In this document: positions 23,596-35,061 of the stretch, piece after piece
Layout of the letters: every line of letters begins with the position of its first letter
How positions within the stretch are numbered: position 1 is the stretch's first letter
Position numbers and translations under genes: made by a program
Notes under the pieces: generated by a model
Database searches by the model: none
Told to the model about the DNA's origin: nothing
The model's input: only the letters and a program-made list of their open reading frames with translations
From: Octopus bimaculoides
Taxonomy: Eukaryota
Direction: 5' to 3'
Assembly (NCBI RefSeq): GCF_001194135.2
Contig: NC_068994.1
Coordinates: forward strand, 58,475,745 to 58,515,781
DNA: 40,037 bases

Positions 23596-24049
23596 ACATT
23601 GTTGTTGCCTTGTTTTATATGAGCCGTTCCAAGTTCTTGCCCAGACCTGAAATAATTACAAGTTGGACTTTTTACTATTGGTGTTATTTATGATTAGCAA
23701 CGATATATTCTTGGAAGGTGACAAGCTAGCAGAACGGTTAACACAATGCTTTGTGGCGTTTCATCCACCTTTACATTCTGAGTTCAAATCCTACCAAGGT
23801 GGACTTTGCCTTTCATCCTTTTGGGTCAATAAAATAATTACCAGTTGAGCACTGGAGTCTGCGTAAATGACTTAGCTCTGCTCTGAAATTGCTGGCCTTG
23901 TGCCAAACCTGGAAGCCATTATTACATTCTATTATTTCAAAGAATTCGTGTTTCATCCAATTTGATTATACTTCCTATCAAACCACAGCTCATGGTCTGG
24001 ATGAGGAGTATCTTGTACCAAAAGAGATTCATCTGCTCTTCCTATCTGT

Positions 24050-24165
24050 TCTTACAATGTACTCAAGACCTTTTCCATAATTCTTGATGAATCTAGTAGA
24101 CATGCTTTCTCCACTACACTTATTTCCAGCTTGAGATAAAAGTTTTCAAGATTTGGTCCTTAGAT
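24050..24165 (-). mobile_element. Old R4/Dong-like RLE C-terminus relic
   Basis: NLENFYLKLEISVVEKACLLDSSRIMEKVLSTL* resembles the QKACLLGTARILRKVL terminus. Confidence 0.6.
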
Positions 24166-24580
24166 TTTTTACTCCTTATTGTAATCCTTTCTTGTTTTGT
24201 GTTTTTGTAAAGCACTAAAAGAAGCGTCTTTCCTTCAAACTTTTATTTCCTCTTTTCCACATTTTTGCATTTTCTCTTTTTCTGTTCTGCACATTCTGTA
24301 AATAGTCCTGGAATAGTCGTGCAGGTGGGGAAGGGATATCTATTAAATTAACTGGGTGCCTCTCCCAGAATATCTAGCTTTGTGCTCCTCCATCATTTGA
24401 GAGCTGGAAAACCTGCTTTGTAGTATTTGTTTCAGCTCATTCTTTGTTCAAATCCTGTGGAGGTCAATTTTGCTGCTCATTCCTCTGGGAGGGTCAATAG
24501 AATCAAATTACAAGGTTCATGGACCCAGCTGATCCCACCCCTCAATGTTGCTGGTTTTGTGCCTAAATCAGAAAATCTTT

Positions 24581-24635
<55 letters not shown>

Positions 24636-25344
24636 CCATCAAGGCAGAAAGCTGGCAGAATTATTATCATTTGTCTTTACGTTCTGGTTTCAAATTCTGC
24701 AGAGGTCAACTTAGCCTTTCACCTTTCCAAGATTCATACAATAAGTACCAGTCAAATACTGGGGTCAATGTAACTGAGTTAACCTTTCCTCCAAAACTAC
24801 TGGCTTTGTACCAAAATTTGAAACCATTATTATCATCATCATCATCATCATCATCAATCATCATCAGGGCTGTGGATTGCCAGAATCGGTAGAGCATCAG
24901 AGCAAATACTTTGCAGTATTTCCTGTAGCTCAGTTTGAGTTCAAACCCCACTAATGTCACATTTGCCTTTCATTAACTTTTGGGGCCAATAGAATAAAGT
25001 ACCAGTTAAATACTGGAGTTGGTGGTATTTACTAAACCCCTCCCCTAAAAAATTGCTAACCTTGTGCCTTAGAAATTATTATTATTATTGGAAGTTACCA
25101 TTCTTTAGAAGTAGAAAGAATAACTGATTTCAGCTCTGGCCTGGAAATATTCCACATTATTTAACATTACAACTGCTCCTGGGAAAGGCATGAACTTCAC
25201 AATACATATTTCTCCACTTTTAGTAGAAGAATATGTCACAAGTCACACTATGTCACATGTCACACCATGTCACACCATTAGTGGTTTAAAGAATCAATAT
25301 GAAAAAATTTTAATTGTACAAAATTTTTTATTGTTTTTATTATT

Positions 25345-25457
25345 TTAGCTGGCAGAATCGTTAGCTGGCAGAATCGTTAGCTGACAGAACCATTAGCTGG
25401 CAGAATCGTTAGCTGGCAGGAATCGTTTGCTGACAGAATCGTTAGCTGGCAGAATCG
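25345..25457 (+). repeat. 7 x 16-bp tandem repeat TTAGCTGGCAGAATCG
   Basis: Units start at 25345, 25361, 25377, 25393, 25409, 25426 and 25442. The unit is the A-box region of family A. Confidence 0.95.
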
Positions 25458-25628
25458 TTAGCACGCCGAACAAAATACTTAGTGGCATTTTTTCTCGGGT
25501 TATGTTCTGAGTTCAAATTCTGCTGTGATTGACTTTACCTTTCATCCTTTTGGAGTCGATAAAATAAGTACCTGTTGAGAACAGGGGTCAGTGTAAATGA
25601 CTAGCCCTATCCCAACAAATTTTAGGAG

Positions 25629-25686
<58 letters not shown>

Positions 25687-26665
25687 GTTGTTATGAAGGG
25701 GGTGAGTTGGCAGAATCGTTAAGATGCTGGATGAAATGCTTAGCAGTATTTCACCTGTTGCTATGTTCTGAGTTCAATTTCTGCCAAGGTCGACTTTGCC
25801 TTTCATCCTTTCAGGGTTCATAAATTAAGTACCAGTGAAATTCTGGGGTCGATGTAATCAACTAGTCCCCTCCCGCAAAATTTCAGTCCTTCTGCCATTA
25901 ATAGAAAGGATTATTATTATTATTATCATTATTATTAGTATTATTGTTATTGTTGTTGTTGTTGTTGAAAGCAGTCAATGGCATATACAGAAGAACACCA
26001 GGCAGAATGCCTGGTATCTAGTTTCGTCCCCTTACGTTTTTAGTTCAGATTCTACTGAGGTACACTTTTACTTTTTGGTCTTCTAAGGTTGATAAAATAA
26101 GTACCAGTCATACACTGGGGGACGATTAAATCATCCGTGTTCTTTACACATACACAAATATCTGTGGCCTTATGCATATATTAGAAATTATTATTATTAT
26201 TTAAGGCATCAAGCTGCCAGAGTCGTTAGCACGCCGGGTGAAATGCTTAGCGGTATTTCGTCTGCTGCTAGGTTCTGAGTTCAAATTCTGCTGGGGTCAA
26301 CTTTGCCTTTCATCCTTTTGGAGGTCAATGAAATAAAAGTACCAGACAAGACCGATCTAATCAACTAACTCAACTAACTCAACTAATCCCTCCCCAACTA
26401 CTGGTCTTCGGCCAAAATTTGAAACACTCCATTATTATTATTATTATTATTGTTGTTGTTGTTGTTGTCGTCATCGTCATCATCATTATTGATAATAATA
26501 TAAAGAAATAAATAACTGCTATCACTGCAACAACTATTCTTATTACTACTACTACTAGTACTACTACTACTACTACTGCTACTACTACTACTACTACTAT
26601 AGACAATTGTAGTTATCTACTGAAAATTGTAAAATATTAATAAAAATATTTAATAAGGTGGTTTC

Positions 26666-26698
<33 letters not shown>

Positions 26699-26968
26699 CT
26701 TTCCTGGCATCAAAGAGAAAAAGAAGAGGAAGAAATCAAAGAATGCTGTAAAGAGATCAAAGAATGGTGAGTGGTGTGAGTAGGAGACAACAAGGTAACT
26801 GTTTCAGATGAACCAAAGGAAAAAGGGAGAAACAAGCAAGACAGAGTGGTTAGCAGGGATGGCGCTAGGTACTGGCAACTCGGGCAGTCACCCGGGGTGC
26901 CATGTGCTAGGAGGGCATGACAAAAACAAGGTAATTTCAATGACCGTCAACGTCTATACACCGAAGTT

Positions 26969-27178
26969 CAGCTTGCCTGGGGTCCAGCTTGCCTGGGGTC
27001 CAGCTTGCTTGGGTCCAGCTTGCCTGGAATCCACCTTGCCTGAGGTACAGCTTACCTGGGATCCATCTTACCTGGGGTCCAGCTTGCCTGGGGTCCAGCT
27101 TGCCTGGAGACTAGCTTGCCTCAGGTCAATTTTGCCTGGAGTCCAGCTTGCCTGGGGTTCAGCTTGCCTGGGTCCAGC
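26969..27178 (+). repeat. ~13 x 16-bp GC-rich minisatellite CAGCTTGCCTGGGGTC
   Basis: Directly readable tandem units with scattered substitutions. Confidence 0.9.
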
Positions 27179-28143
27179 TACTAGAAATGCATAAAAATAT
27201 CATGATCCTTATTCCACCCATCACCACAAAAATATAACTATTATACAATATTCACAAAAATATGGCAAAATATAATCTTAAAAATGGACAAATCAAAAAA
27301 GGAAAATAATTAAGGAAAGGAGGCTTAATATACTCTTTACTAAATAACTTGATTGCATTTGATGAAGGCTAAGGAAGCCCCATTAGTCCTACTTTATTTG
27401 GTAGCTGGCCCTTATGCAATTTCAGGGTCTATAATCCCTGCTGGAGTATGTAATGAAAGAACTGCTATCCCTAACTGGCTGAAACACATCACATGAACTG
27501 ACCAATGGAGGTCTAAATCTTCTCACCCAGAAGCCATCGGAGCCCATAAAACTTTCTATAATGTGCACCCAAATCAATTTGCTATATATAGAAAATATGA
27601 AACTTGCAGAAGCCTGTCCTGTCTATAAATATTTATGTGTTTTGTTAAGTTTACAATAGTTTGAAAACCTTTGTTATGTGTGTCTTTATGTATCAGACCT
27701 AAAGAATTTCTCAAACAAATACCAATAAAAAAGAAAAACTGAATGTGCAAGTCTTGTGGTGCTGTTATGTGTAAATAACCCTGGTCTCTTACAACAGATA
27801 CTCAGAGTATTCTGATCCTAATAGATGATACATACACACATACATATATACGCACATACATACATACATACATACATACATATGCGTGTGTGTGTATTCA
27901 AGAGCCTCTGTGTCTGTGTATGTGTGTGAATTCTTATTCTGTTTCTCTTTTGCTTCCCCCTCCCACATAACAGCACCAAAAGACTTTCACATTCTGCTTT
28001 TTTTTTTTATTTGTATTTGTTTGAGAAATTCTTTAGGTCTGATACATAAAGACACACATAACAAAGCGTTTTCAAACTATTGTAAACTTAACAAAACCCA
28101 TAAATATTTATAGATAGGACAGGCTTCTGCAAGATTCATATTT

Positions 28144-28193
<50 letters not shown>

Positions 28194-28844
28194 NNNNNNN
28201 NNNNNNNNNNNNNNNNNNNNNNNNNNNNNNNNNNNNNNNNNNNNNNNNNNNNNNNNNNNNNNNNNNNNNNNNNNNNNNNNNNNNNNNNNNNNNNNNNNNN
28301 NNNNNNNNNNNNNNNNNNNNNNNNNNNNNNNNNNNNNNNNNNNNNNNNNNNNNNNNNNNNNNNNNNNNNNNNNNNNNNNNNNNNNNNNNNNNNNNNNNNN
28401 NNNNNNNNNNNNNNNNNNNNNNNNNNNNNNNNNNNNNNNNNNNNNNNNNNNNNNNNNNNNNNNNNNNNNNNNNNNNNNNNNNNNNNNNNNNNNNNNNNNN
28501 NNNNNNNNNNNNNNNNNNNNNNNNNNNNNNNNNNNNNNNNNNNNNNNNNNNNNNNNNNNNNNNNNNNNNNNNNNNNNNNNNNNNNNNNNNNNNNNNNNNN
28601 NNNNNNNNNNNNNNNNNNNNNNNNNNNNNNNNNNNNNNNNNNNNNNNNNNNNNNNNNNNNNNNNNNNNNNNNNNNNNNNNNNNNNNNNNNNNNNNNNNNN
28701 NNNNNNNNNNNNNNNNNNNNNNNNNNNNNNNNNNNNNNNNNNNNNNNNNNNNNNNNNNNNNNNNNNNNNNNNNNNNNNNNNNNNNNNNNNNNNNNNNNNN
28801 NNNNNNNNNNNNNNNNNNNNNNNNNNNNNNNNNNNNNNNNNNNN
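28194..28844. other. Assembly gap (N)
   Basis: N run after (CA)n. Confidence 1.
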
Positions 28845-29003
28845 AGATATATACATACATACACACACACCTGCATGAACATTTTACAGAATCTTGACTT
28901 TCTCTATTAATAATCATTCAGCTGTGAAATAGGAGTGGTGATTTTTTTTTGGGGGGGGGTTTGCCTAGTTACTCAAAATAGAACAAGCTGGATTAAGTGG
29001 CAT

Positions 29004-29044
<41 letters not shown>

Positions 29045-29753
29045 CACAGGTGATTGTTATGTATATAGCATATATGATGTTTTATCTTCTACACCCAAGT
29101 CTCGAGTTATTTGCTGGAGTAAAGTTACTCAAGTATACACCTATGTCTCATTGCAACAGTTACAGGTAAGACAGAGAGCAAAGATTCCATCGCTGATCAA
29201 TATATTTTGTCGTAAAACAATGAGTGTGTGAAAACCAATGCATTTCTTGCATTTCCTGAGAATGTTACGTGAAAGAAATGGCTGTACATTTAGCTAAGGG
29301 GTAAACTGGAAGAAGGGCTGCCCCAAGCCCTAAAAATCCATCTATGACACATCAGCATGGAAAGCAGGTATAAAATAACGATCTCTCTGTCTCTCTCTCT
29401 TTCTTCACACTAATACATACATTCAATGCTCTCCTTTCTGCCCCTTTCTGACACAGATGCACACATGCGCTGATGCACACATGCACTTCCTCCCTTGTTA
29501 ACTCTCTCACAAAACAAAATCCCCACCTGGTTTCTAACCCCTTGCCTCCCTCCTGCATTCTTCCTACAATTTTTATATACTATTTCTCTTTGTCCCCACC
29601 AACCAATGATTTTTCTCTTTCTTGCTTTTCTCCTGATGAAGGACTAACACCCAAAACGTTAAGTTACCCTCTCAGTTGAAGCACTAAACTAACACCATAA
29701 TTGTCAAGCTTTTTATACTAGTTTGGGTATGAAATAGAAAATATGTATATATA

Positions 29754-29885
29754 CAGGGTGATTCAAAAGTCGCCATACATAAGAACAATTTGTTTTTTTT
29801 TATAAGAAACAGTTAAATAAAAAAAAACTGTTTCTTATAAAAAAAAAGAAAATTTCCTGTGTATGGTGACTTTTGAATCACCCTG
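29754..29885. mobile_element. Tc1/mariner-type MITE, nearly fully palindromic
   Basis: TA|CAGGGTGATTCAAAAGTCGCCATACA ... TGTATGGTGACTTTTGAATCACCCTG, plus an inner inverted repeat TTTATAAGAAACAGTT / AACTGTTTTCTTATAAA. Confidence 0.8.
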
Positions 29886-30943
29886 TTTATATATACATGC
29901 AAAACAAGAGAAAGTGGAGACTTTCAAAGGATGAATATTTAAGTATGGATATGTCAATATTTATATTAATAGGTCTAATTTTCACAGAGTACAAACAACA
30001 GAGAAAATTAAAAGGGTTGAAGAAAGGTGTTATAAGTCCAACAGCTGTTTCTAGGGGCTCAGAGATAGATAATAATATTGGTAGATGTTGTTGCATGGAT
30101 GCAATTAACACTGGATGAAACCAGCCTCCATCATCAGGGTCGAGAAGATCTTACATTTCAGACCTTAATGCAGAGAAGTTCAAAGATGGAATATCATCAG
30201 TTACACATACATCATCATCATCATCGTCATCATTGCGTGTTCTGTTTAAACACCAAATTCACAGCGAGGTAGCATCTGGGTAAAGCTCCCCAAATGACAA
30301 CGAGTGTTAGAGAACACCTGAATGTCATAGATCAGGTGAGACAACTCGCCTCGGAACCACCGAGAAGGGTAGATATCGATACTTGACCATTATTATGGCT
30401 TGTCAATACCATGTATTTGGATCATCTTGGAACGAAGTGAACCACTGCAGTGAATGCATTTTGTCTAGAAACCAATTTGCTGCAGAATAGCATCCTGGGA
30501 AATTTCATAGACATATAGACAGACACGAAATAACTGTTCTGTCAGACATGTATACTGATGGTATGATTATACAGTTATACAAAGAACTAATTTATGCCCA
30601 ATTTTATTCAGTTTACAGATATTTATTTACCATACATCAGTGCCTATTAATCTATATGGAAATCTCAATGTTACATATAATTAATGTTAATAAAATGTTA
30701 ATTGGATAATTAATTAATGATTACATTTTCTATGGCCATACATTAACATAAATTTTTATGACCAAATTAATTAGTATTCTACATGACAGGTGCCAAAGAG
30801 CAAAAGACAAATATCAAACACGTATTTAGTGTGTGACCCAGTTTTGTTCCTGGCTAAATGTTCTGTCTTTTGATTTCCATTATTACTGGACAGCAAGAAC
30901 AACTGGATGGATAGGGACAAGTCCAGCTGACCAACATTGTGTG

Positions 30944-30985
<42 letters not shown>

Positions 30986-31650
30986 NNNNNNNNNNNNNNN
31001 NNNNNNNNNNNNNNNNNNNNNNNNNNNNNNNNNNNNNNNNNNNNNNNNNNNNNNNNNNNNNNNNNNNNNNNNNNNNNNNNNNNNNNNNNNNNNNNNNNNN
31101 NNNNNNNNNNNNNNNNNNNNNNNNNNNNNNNNNNNNNNNNNNNNNNNNNNNNNNNNNNNNNNNNNNNNNNNNNNNNNNNNNNNNNNNNNNNNNNNNNNNN
31201 NNNNNNNNNNNNNNNNNNNNNNNNNNNNNNNNNNNNNNNNNNNNNNNNNNNNNNNNNNNNNNNNNNNNNNNNNNNNNNNNNNNNNNNNNNNNNNNNNNNN
31301 NNNNNNNNNNNNNNNNNNNNNNNNNNNNNNNNNNNNNNNNNNNNNNNNNNNNNNNNNNNNNNNNNNNNNNNNNNNNNNNNNNNNNNNNNNNNNNNNNNNN
31401 NNNNNNNNNNNNNNNNNNNNNNNNNNNNNNNNNNNNNNNNNNNNNNNNNNNNNNNNNNNNNNNNNNNNNNNNNNNNNNNNNNNNNNNNNNNNNNNNNNNN
31501 NNNNNNNNNNNNNNNNNNNNNNNNNNNNNNNNNNNNNNNNNNNNNNNNNNNNNNNNNNNNNNNNNNNNNNNNNNNNNNNNNNNNNNNNNNNNNNNNNNNN
31601 NNNNNNNNNNNNNNNNNNNNNNNNNNNNNNNNNNNNNNNNNNNNNNNNNN
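30986..31650. other. Assembly gap (N)
   Basis: N run between (GA)n and (TGG/TGC)n. Confidence 1.
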
Positions 31651-31864
31651 TGGTGGTGGTGCTGCTGCTGCTGCTGCTGCTGGTGCTGGTGGTGGCGGTG
31701 GCGGTGGCGGCAGTTATTGATAGGATGGGCTGATTACATTAAATGATTGGAAAGAGCAGCAAGAGTGAAGGTTAGGCTGATAATAGTAGTGGTGATGGTG
31801 GTGGAAGGGGTGGGAAATGAGAATGAGGAAGGTGGGAAGGAGGTGGAGGAGGAGGAGATTGTAG

Positions 31865-32192
31865 TTGTGGCCGTTACCAGTGCTGGTGGTATGCAATAAG
31901 CACCATTCATGCGTGGGTCGCTGCCAGAGCCGCCTGGTTGTTCTCCCCATACTGGTGGCACACAAAAAGCACCATCCGATCCGTGGTCGATGTCAGCCCC
32001 CTCTGGTCACTGTGCCAGTGGCACATAAAAAGCACCCACTACATTCTCGGAGTGGTTGGCATAAGGAAGGGCATCCAGCTGTAGAAACATTGCCAGATCA
32101 GACTCAAGCCTGGTGCGGCCTCCTGGCTTGCCACTCCTCAGTCAAACCATCCAACCCATGCCAGCATGGAAAACGGACGTTAAACGAAGAAA
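31865..32192 (+). mobile_element. SINE family C, near full length
   Basis: gtggcacataaaaagcacccactacattctcggagtggttggcataaggaagggcatccagctgtagaaac...ccatgccagcatggaaaacggacgttaaacga. Confidence 0.85.
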
Positions 32193-32205
32193 GCAACTAT
32201 ATATA

Positions 32206-32465
32206 NNNNNNNNNNNNNNNNNNNNNNNNNNNNNNNNNNNNNNNNNNNNNNNNNNNNNNNNNNNNNNNNNNNNNNNNNNNNNNNNNNNNNNNNNNNNNNN
32301 NNNNNNNNNNNNNNNNNNNNNNNNNNNNNNNNNNNNNNNNNNNNNNNNNNNNNNNNNNNNNNNNNNNNNNNNNNNNNNNNNNNNNNNNNNNNNNNNNNNN
32401 NNNNNNNNNNNNNNNNNNNNNNNNNNNNNNNNNNNNNNNNNNNNNNNNNNNNNNNNNNNNNNNNN
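32206..32465. other. Assembly gap (N)
   Basis: N run inside (TA)n. Confidence 1.
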
Positions 32466-33317
32466 TATATATATAAATGTGTGTGTGTGTGTGTGTGTGT
32501 GCAACAGACAAACAGACAGAAAAAGAGAGAGAAAAGAGCAAAGGCTAACTCGATATATATACATGCGTGCCTGTGTTTATGTACAAATATACGTAAATAA
32601 ACACATACAAAGAGATACGCACTCACACGTTTATACACTCTCAAACATACAGACGCATATATGAACACTGGCTTTATTTCACAGTTGTGTCTTTCTTCTT
32701 GGACGTTTCTAGAACAGCCAAGCTAAACAATAGAAACAGCGAAACACTCAGTTGCGGCAGCGGTCGATTATTGAAAGATGTCTTTGTTCTCGTTGACGAT
32801 GCTATTGTTGTCGTCGTCGTCGTTGTTTTTGTCTCAAACTAAATAGAAAATCTATTAACGAGAAAATGGGTGTGTTGATACAGGTGGATAAACTTACAAA
32901 CACCTGAACACAATCAACATCATCGTCGTCATCATCATCATCGGGTTGGACAAGTCGTGACAATCCGAGTCAGATGTTGGTCACAGTTTCTGCCTTTGGA
33001 GATGATTTGAAGGGCAATGTTTCACTTGTTTCACTTCCATTTTTGGCACAAATGGAATGTGGTCCTCCAATCCACGTAAGAGAGCAAGTTTTTCATGTTT
33101 GCAGCTATTTTTCATTGGCAGATGTTAGAAAGTGACTCAGGGGCCGAACGTTCCATGTATGACTCTTAACAAGTTAAAAAATTCAAAAGTAGATATTTCT
33201 ACTCACGTTTTGAGTTCTAGTCATCCTGTTTGTACAACCAAACCTCACATCAAAATTATAGCAATGTTTTAAAAGATTTGGCTTTAGAGAACCATACAGG
33301 TCTTGAAATATTCAGTT

Positions 33318-33442
33318 TGGTTGTGCTATCATTTCAGGTTCCATCCCACTGCATGGCACCTTGAGCAAGAGCCTGCTATCATAGCTCCAGGCCAACCAAA
33401 TCCTTTTAGGTGAATTTGATACAAGGAAACTGAAAGAAGCCC

Positions 33443-33445
<3 letters not shown>
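33318..33445 (+). mobile_element. SINE family B 5' half, running into (TG)n and a gap
   Basis: ggttccatcccactgcatggcaccttgagcaag...ggaaactgaaagaagccc. Confidence 0.75.
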
Positions 33446-33495
<50 letters not shown>

Positions 33496-34246
33496 NNNNN
33501 NNNNNNNNNNNNNNNNNNNNNNNNNNNNNNNNNNNNNNNNNNNNNNNNNNNNNNNNNNNNNNNNNNNNNNNNNNNNNNNNNNNNNNNNNNNNNNNNNNNN
33601 NNNNNNNNNNNNNNNNNNNNNNNNNNNNNNNNNNNNNNNNNNNNNNNNNNNNNNNNNNNNNNNNNNNNNNNNNNNNNNNNNNNNNNNNNNNNNNNNNNNN
33701 NNNNNNNNNNNNNNNNNNNNNNNNNNNNNNNNNNNNNNNNNNNNNNNNNNNNNNNNNNNNNNNNNNNNNNNNNNNNNNNNNNNNNNNNNNNNNNNNNNNN
33801 NNNNNNNNNNNNNNNNNNNNNNNNNNNNNNNNNNNNNNNNNNNNNNNNNNNNNNNNNNNNNNNNNNNNNNNNNNNNNNNNNNNNNNNNNNNNNNNNNNNN
33901 NNNNNNNNNNNNNNNNNNNNNNNNNNNNNNNNNNNNNNNNNNNNNNNNNNNNNNNNNNNNNNNNNNNNNNNNNNNNNNNNNNNNNNNNNNNNNNNNNNNN
34001 NNNNNNNNNNNNNNNNNNNNNNNNNNNNNNNNNNNNNNNNNNNNNNNNNNNNNNNNNNNNNNNNNNNNNNNNNNNNNNNNNNNNNNNNNNNNNNNNNNNN
34101 NNNNNNNNNNNNNNNNNNNNNNNNNNNNNNNNNNNNNNNNNNNNNNNNNNNNNNNNNNNNNNNNNNNNNNNNNNNNNNNNNNNNNNNNNNNNNNNNNNNN
34201 NNNNNNNNNNNNNNNNNNNNNNNNNNNNNNNNNNNNNNNNNNNNNA
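33496..34246. other. Assembly gap (N)
   Basis: N run between (TG)n and (TA)n. Confidence 1.
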
Positions 34247-35061
34247 TATATATATATATATATAAAACTAATAAAAACAGGTGTTTGCAATATCCTACCA
34301 TAAAGGAAAATTAGAGTCGTCAACAAAACTTGACTAAGGATGTGAATAACACCTACACTTATGGGTAATTGTTAGATCTACAAGATAATAGCTAAATCTC
34401 CTTCCATTAGCACCTCACTGTATTTTAAAAAAATAGGACACATTGAATAATGTAGATAATACCCAGATGGACATAGTGGGAATGTCTGCTTGATATGACC
34501 AGGGCAGAAAATCCCACTTAATAATTTTTCCTTAACAAACGCCAAATATCTATATATATAATTTGAAAAAATTTGGATAAAAAAAACCTTTGAAGTAAAA
34601 AAAAAAATTGTCTCGTCTCCACTGCAAAGATAAAAGTGTTGCCACAAAGAACAACCATAAATATTCACTACATCAGCCATTCTTCCTTACAGTAATCATT
34701 CCTCAATGAATACGGTGCCTTCATCCTAATTTGATAAAGAAAAGAGGCGGCCCAGGGGCCATGGACGGCTATGGTCTGATCAGAGACAACGCAGGAATGA
34801 AATCTGTCCATCAATGAAGAGTATTTAAACATTCGTTCCTCCGCGTTATTGGCGGCAGCTCAGGGATTAATCGCGAAATAAGTTAGAAATGGTGTACCAC
34901 TATGGTCGGGGCCAACGGGCACCACTTGCGAATGGAAACTTGACTTCTTTTTAATAACATCGCTCTGGGTAACAAAGGCGACTTGCTGAAGAAAACGTCC
35001 CACTGTGAAGTCAAAAGTATAAGTATAGATCGAACTCGTCAACAGTGCTCCACAACAACAG

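Larger units (their letters stand above)
23712..26460 (+). mobile_element. Head-to-tail cluster of about 8 family A SINEs separated by (TTA)n/(CAT)n tails
   Basis: Copies begin near 23712, 24425, 24640, 24865, 25345, 25695, 25965 and 26203. Each has gagttcaaa-type B-box and ttcatcctt/aagtaccag cores, all on the + strand. Confidence 0.8.

Noticed and set aside
25345-27178. 16-bp repeat arrays as CRISPR
   Set aside because: The units are directly tandem with no spacers, there are no cas genes, and the context is eukaryotic.
33207-33225. Minus-strand 19-nt microexon G ATG ACT AGA ACT CAA AAC|gtgagt
   Set aside because: Poor pyrimidine tract and no coherent downstream coding exon found.
28108-34326. 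Long ORFs of 114-329 aa dominated by X, plus ORF 11948-12982
   Set aside because: They are open only because they cross N-gaps and simple repeats.
34889-34930. GVPLWSGPTGTT as a viral Walker A motif
   Set aside because: Lacks the GK[TS] lysine, and the frame is closed by stops on both sides.
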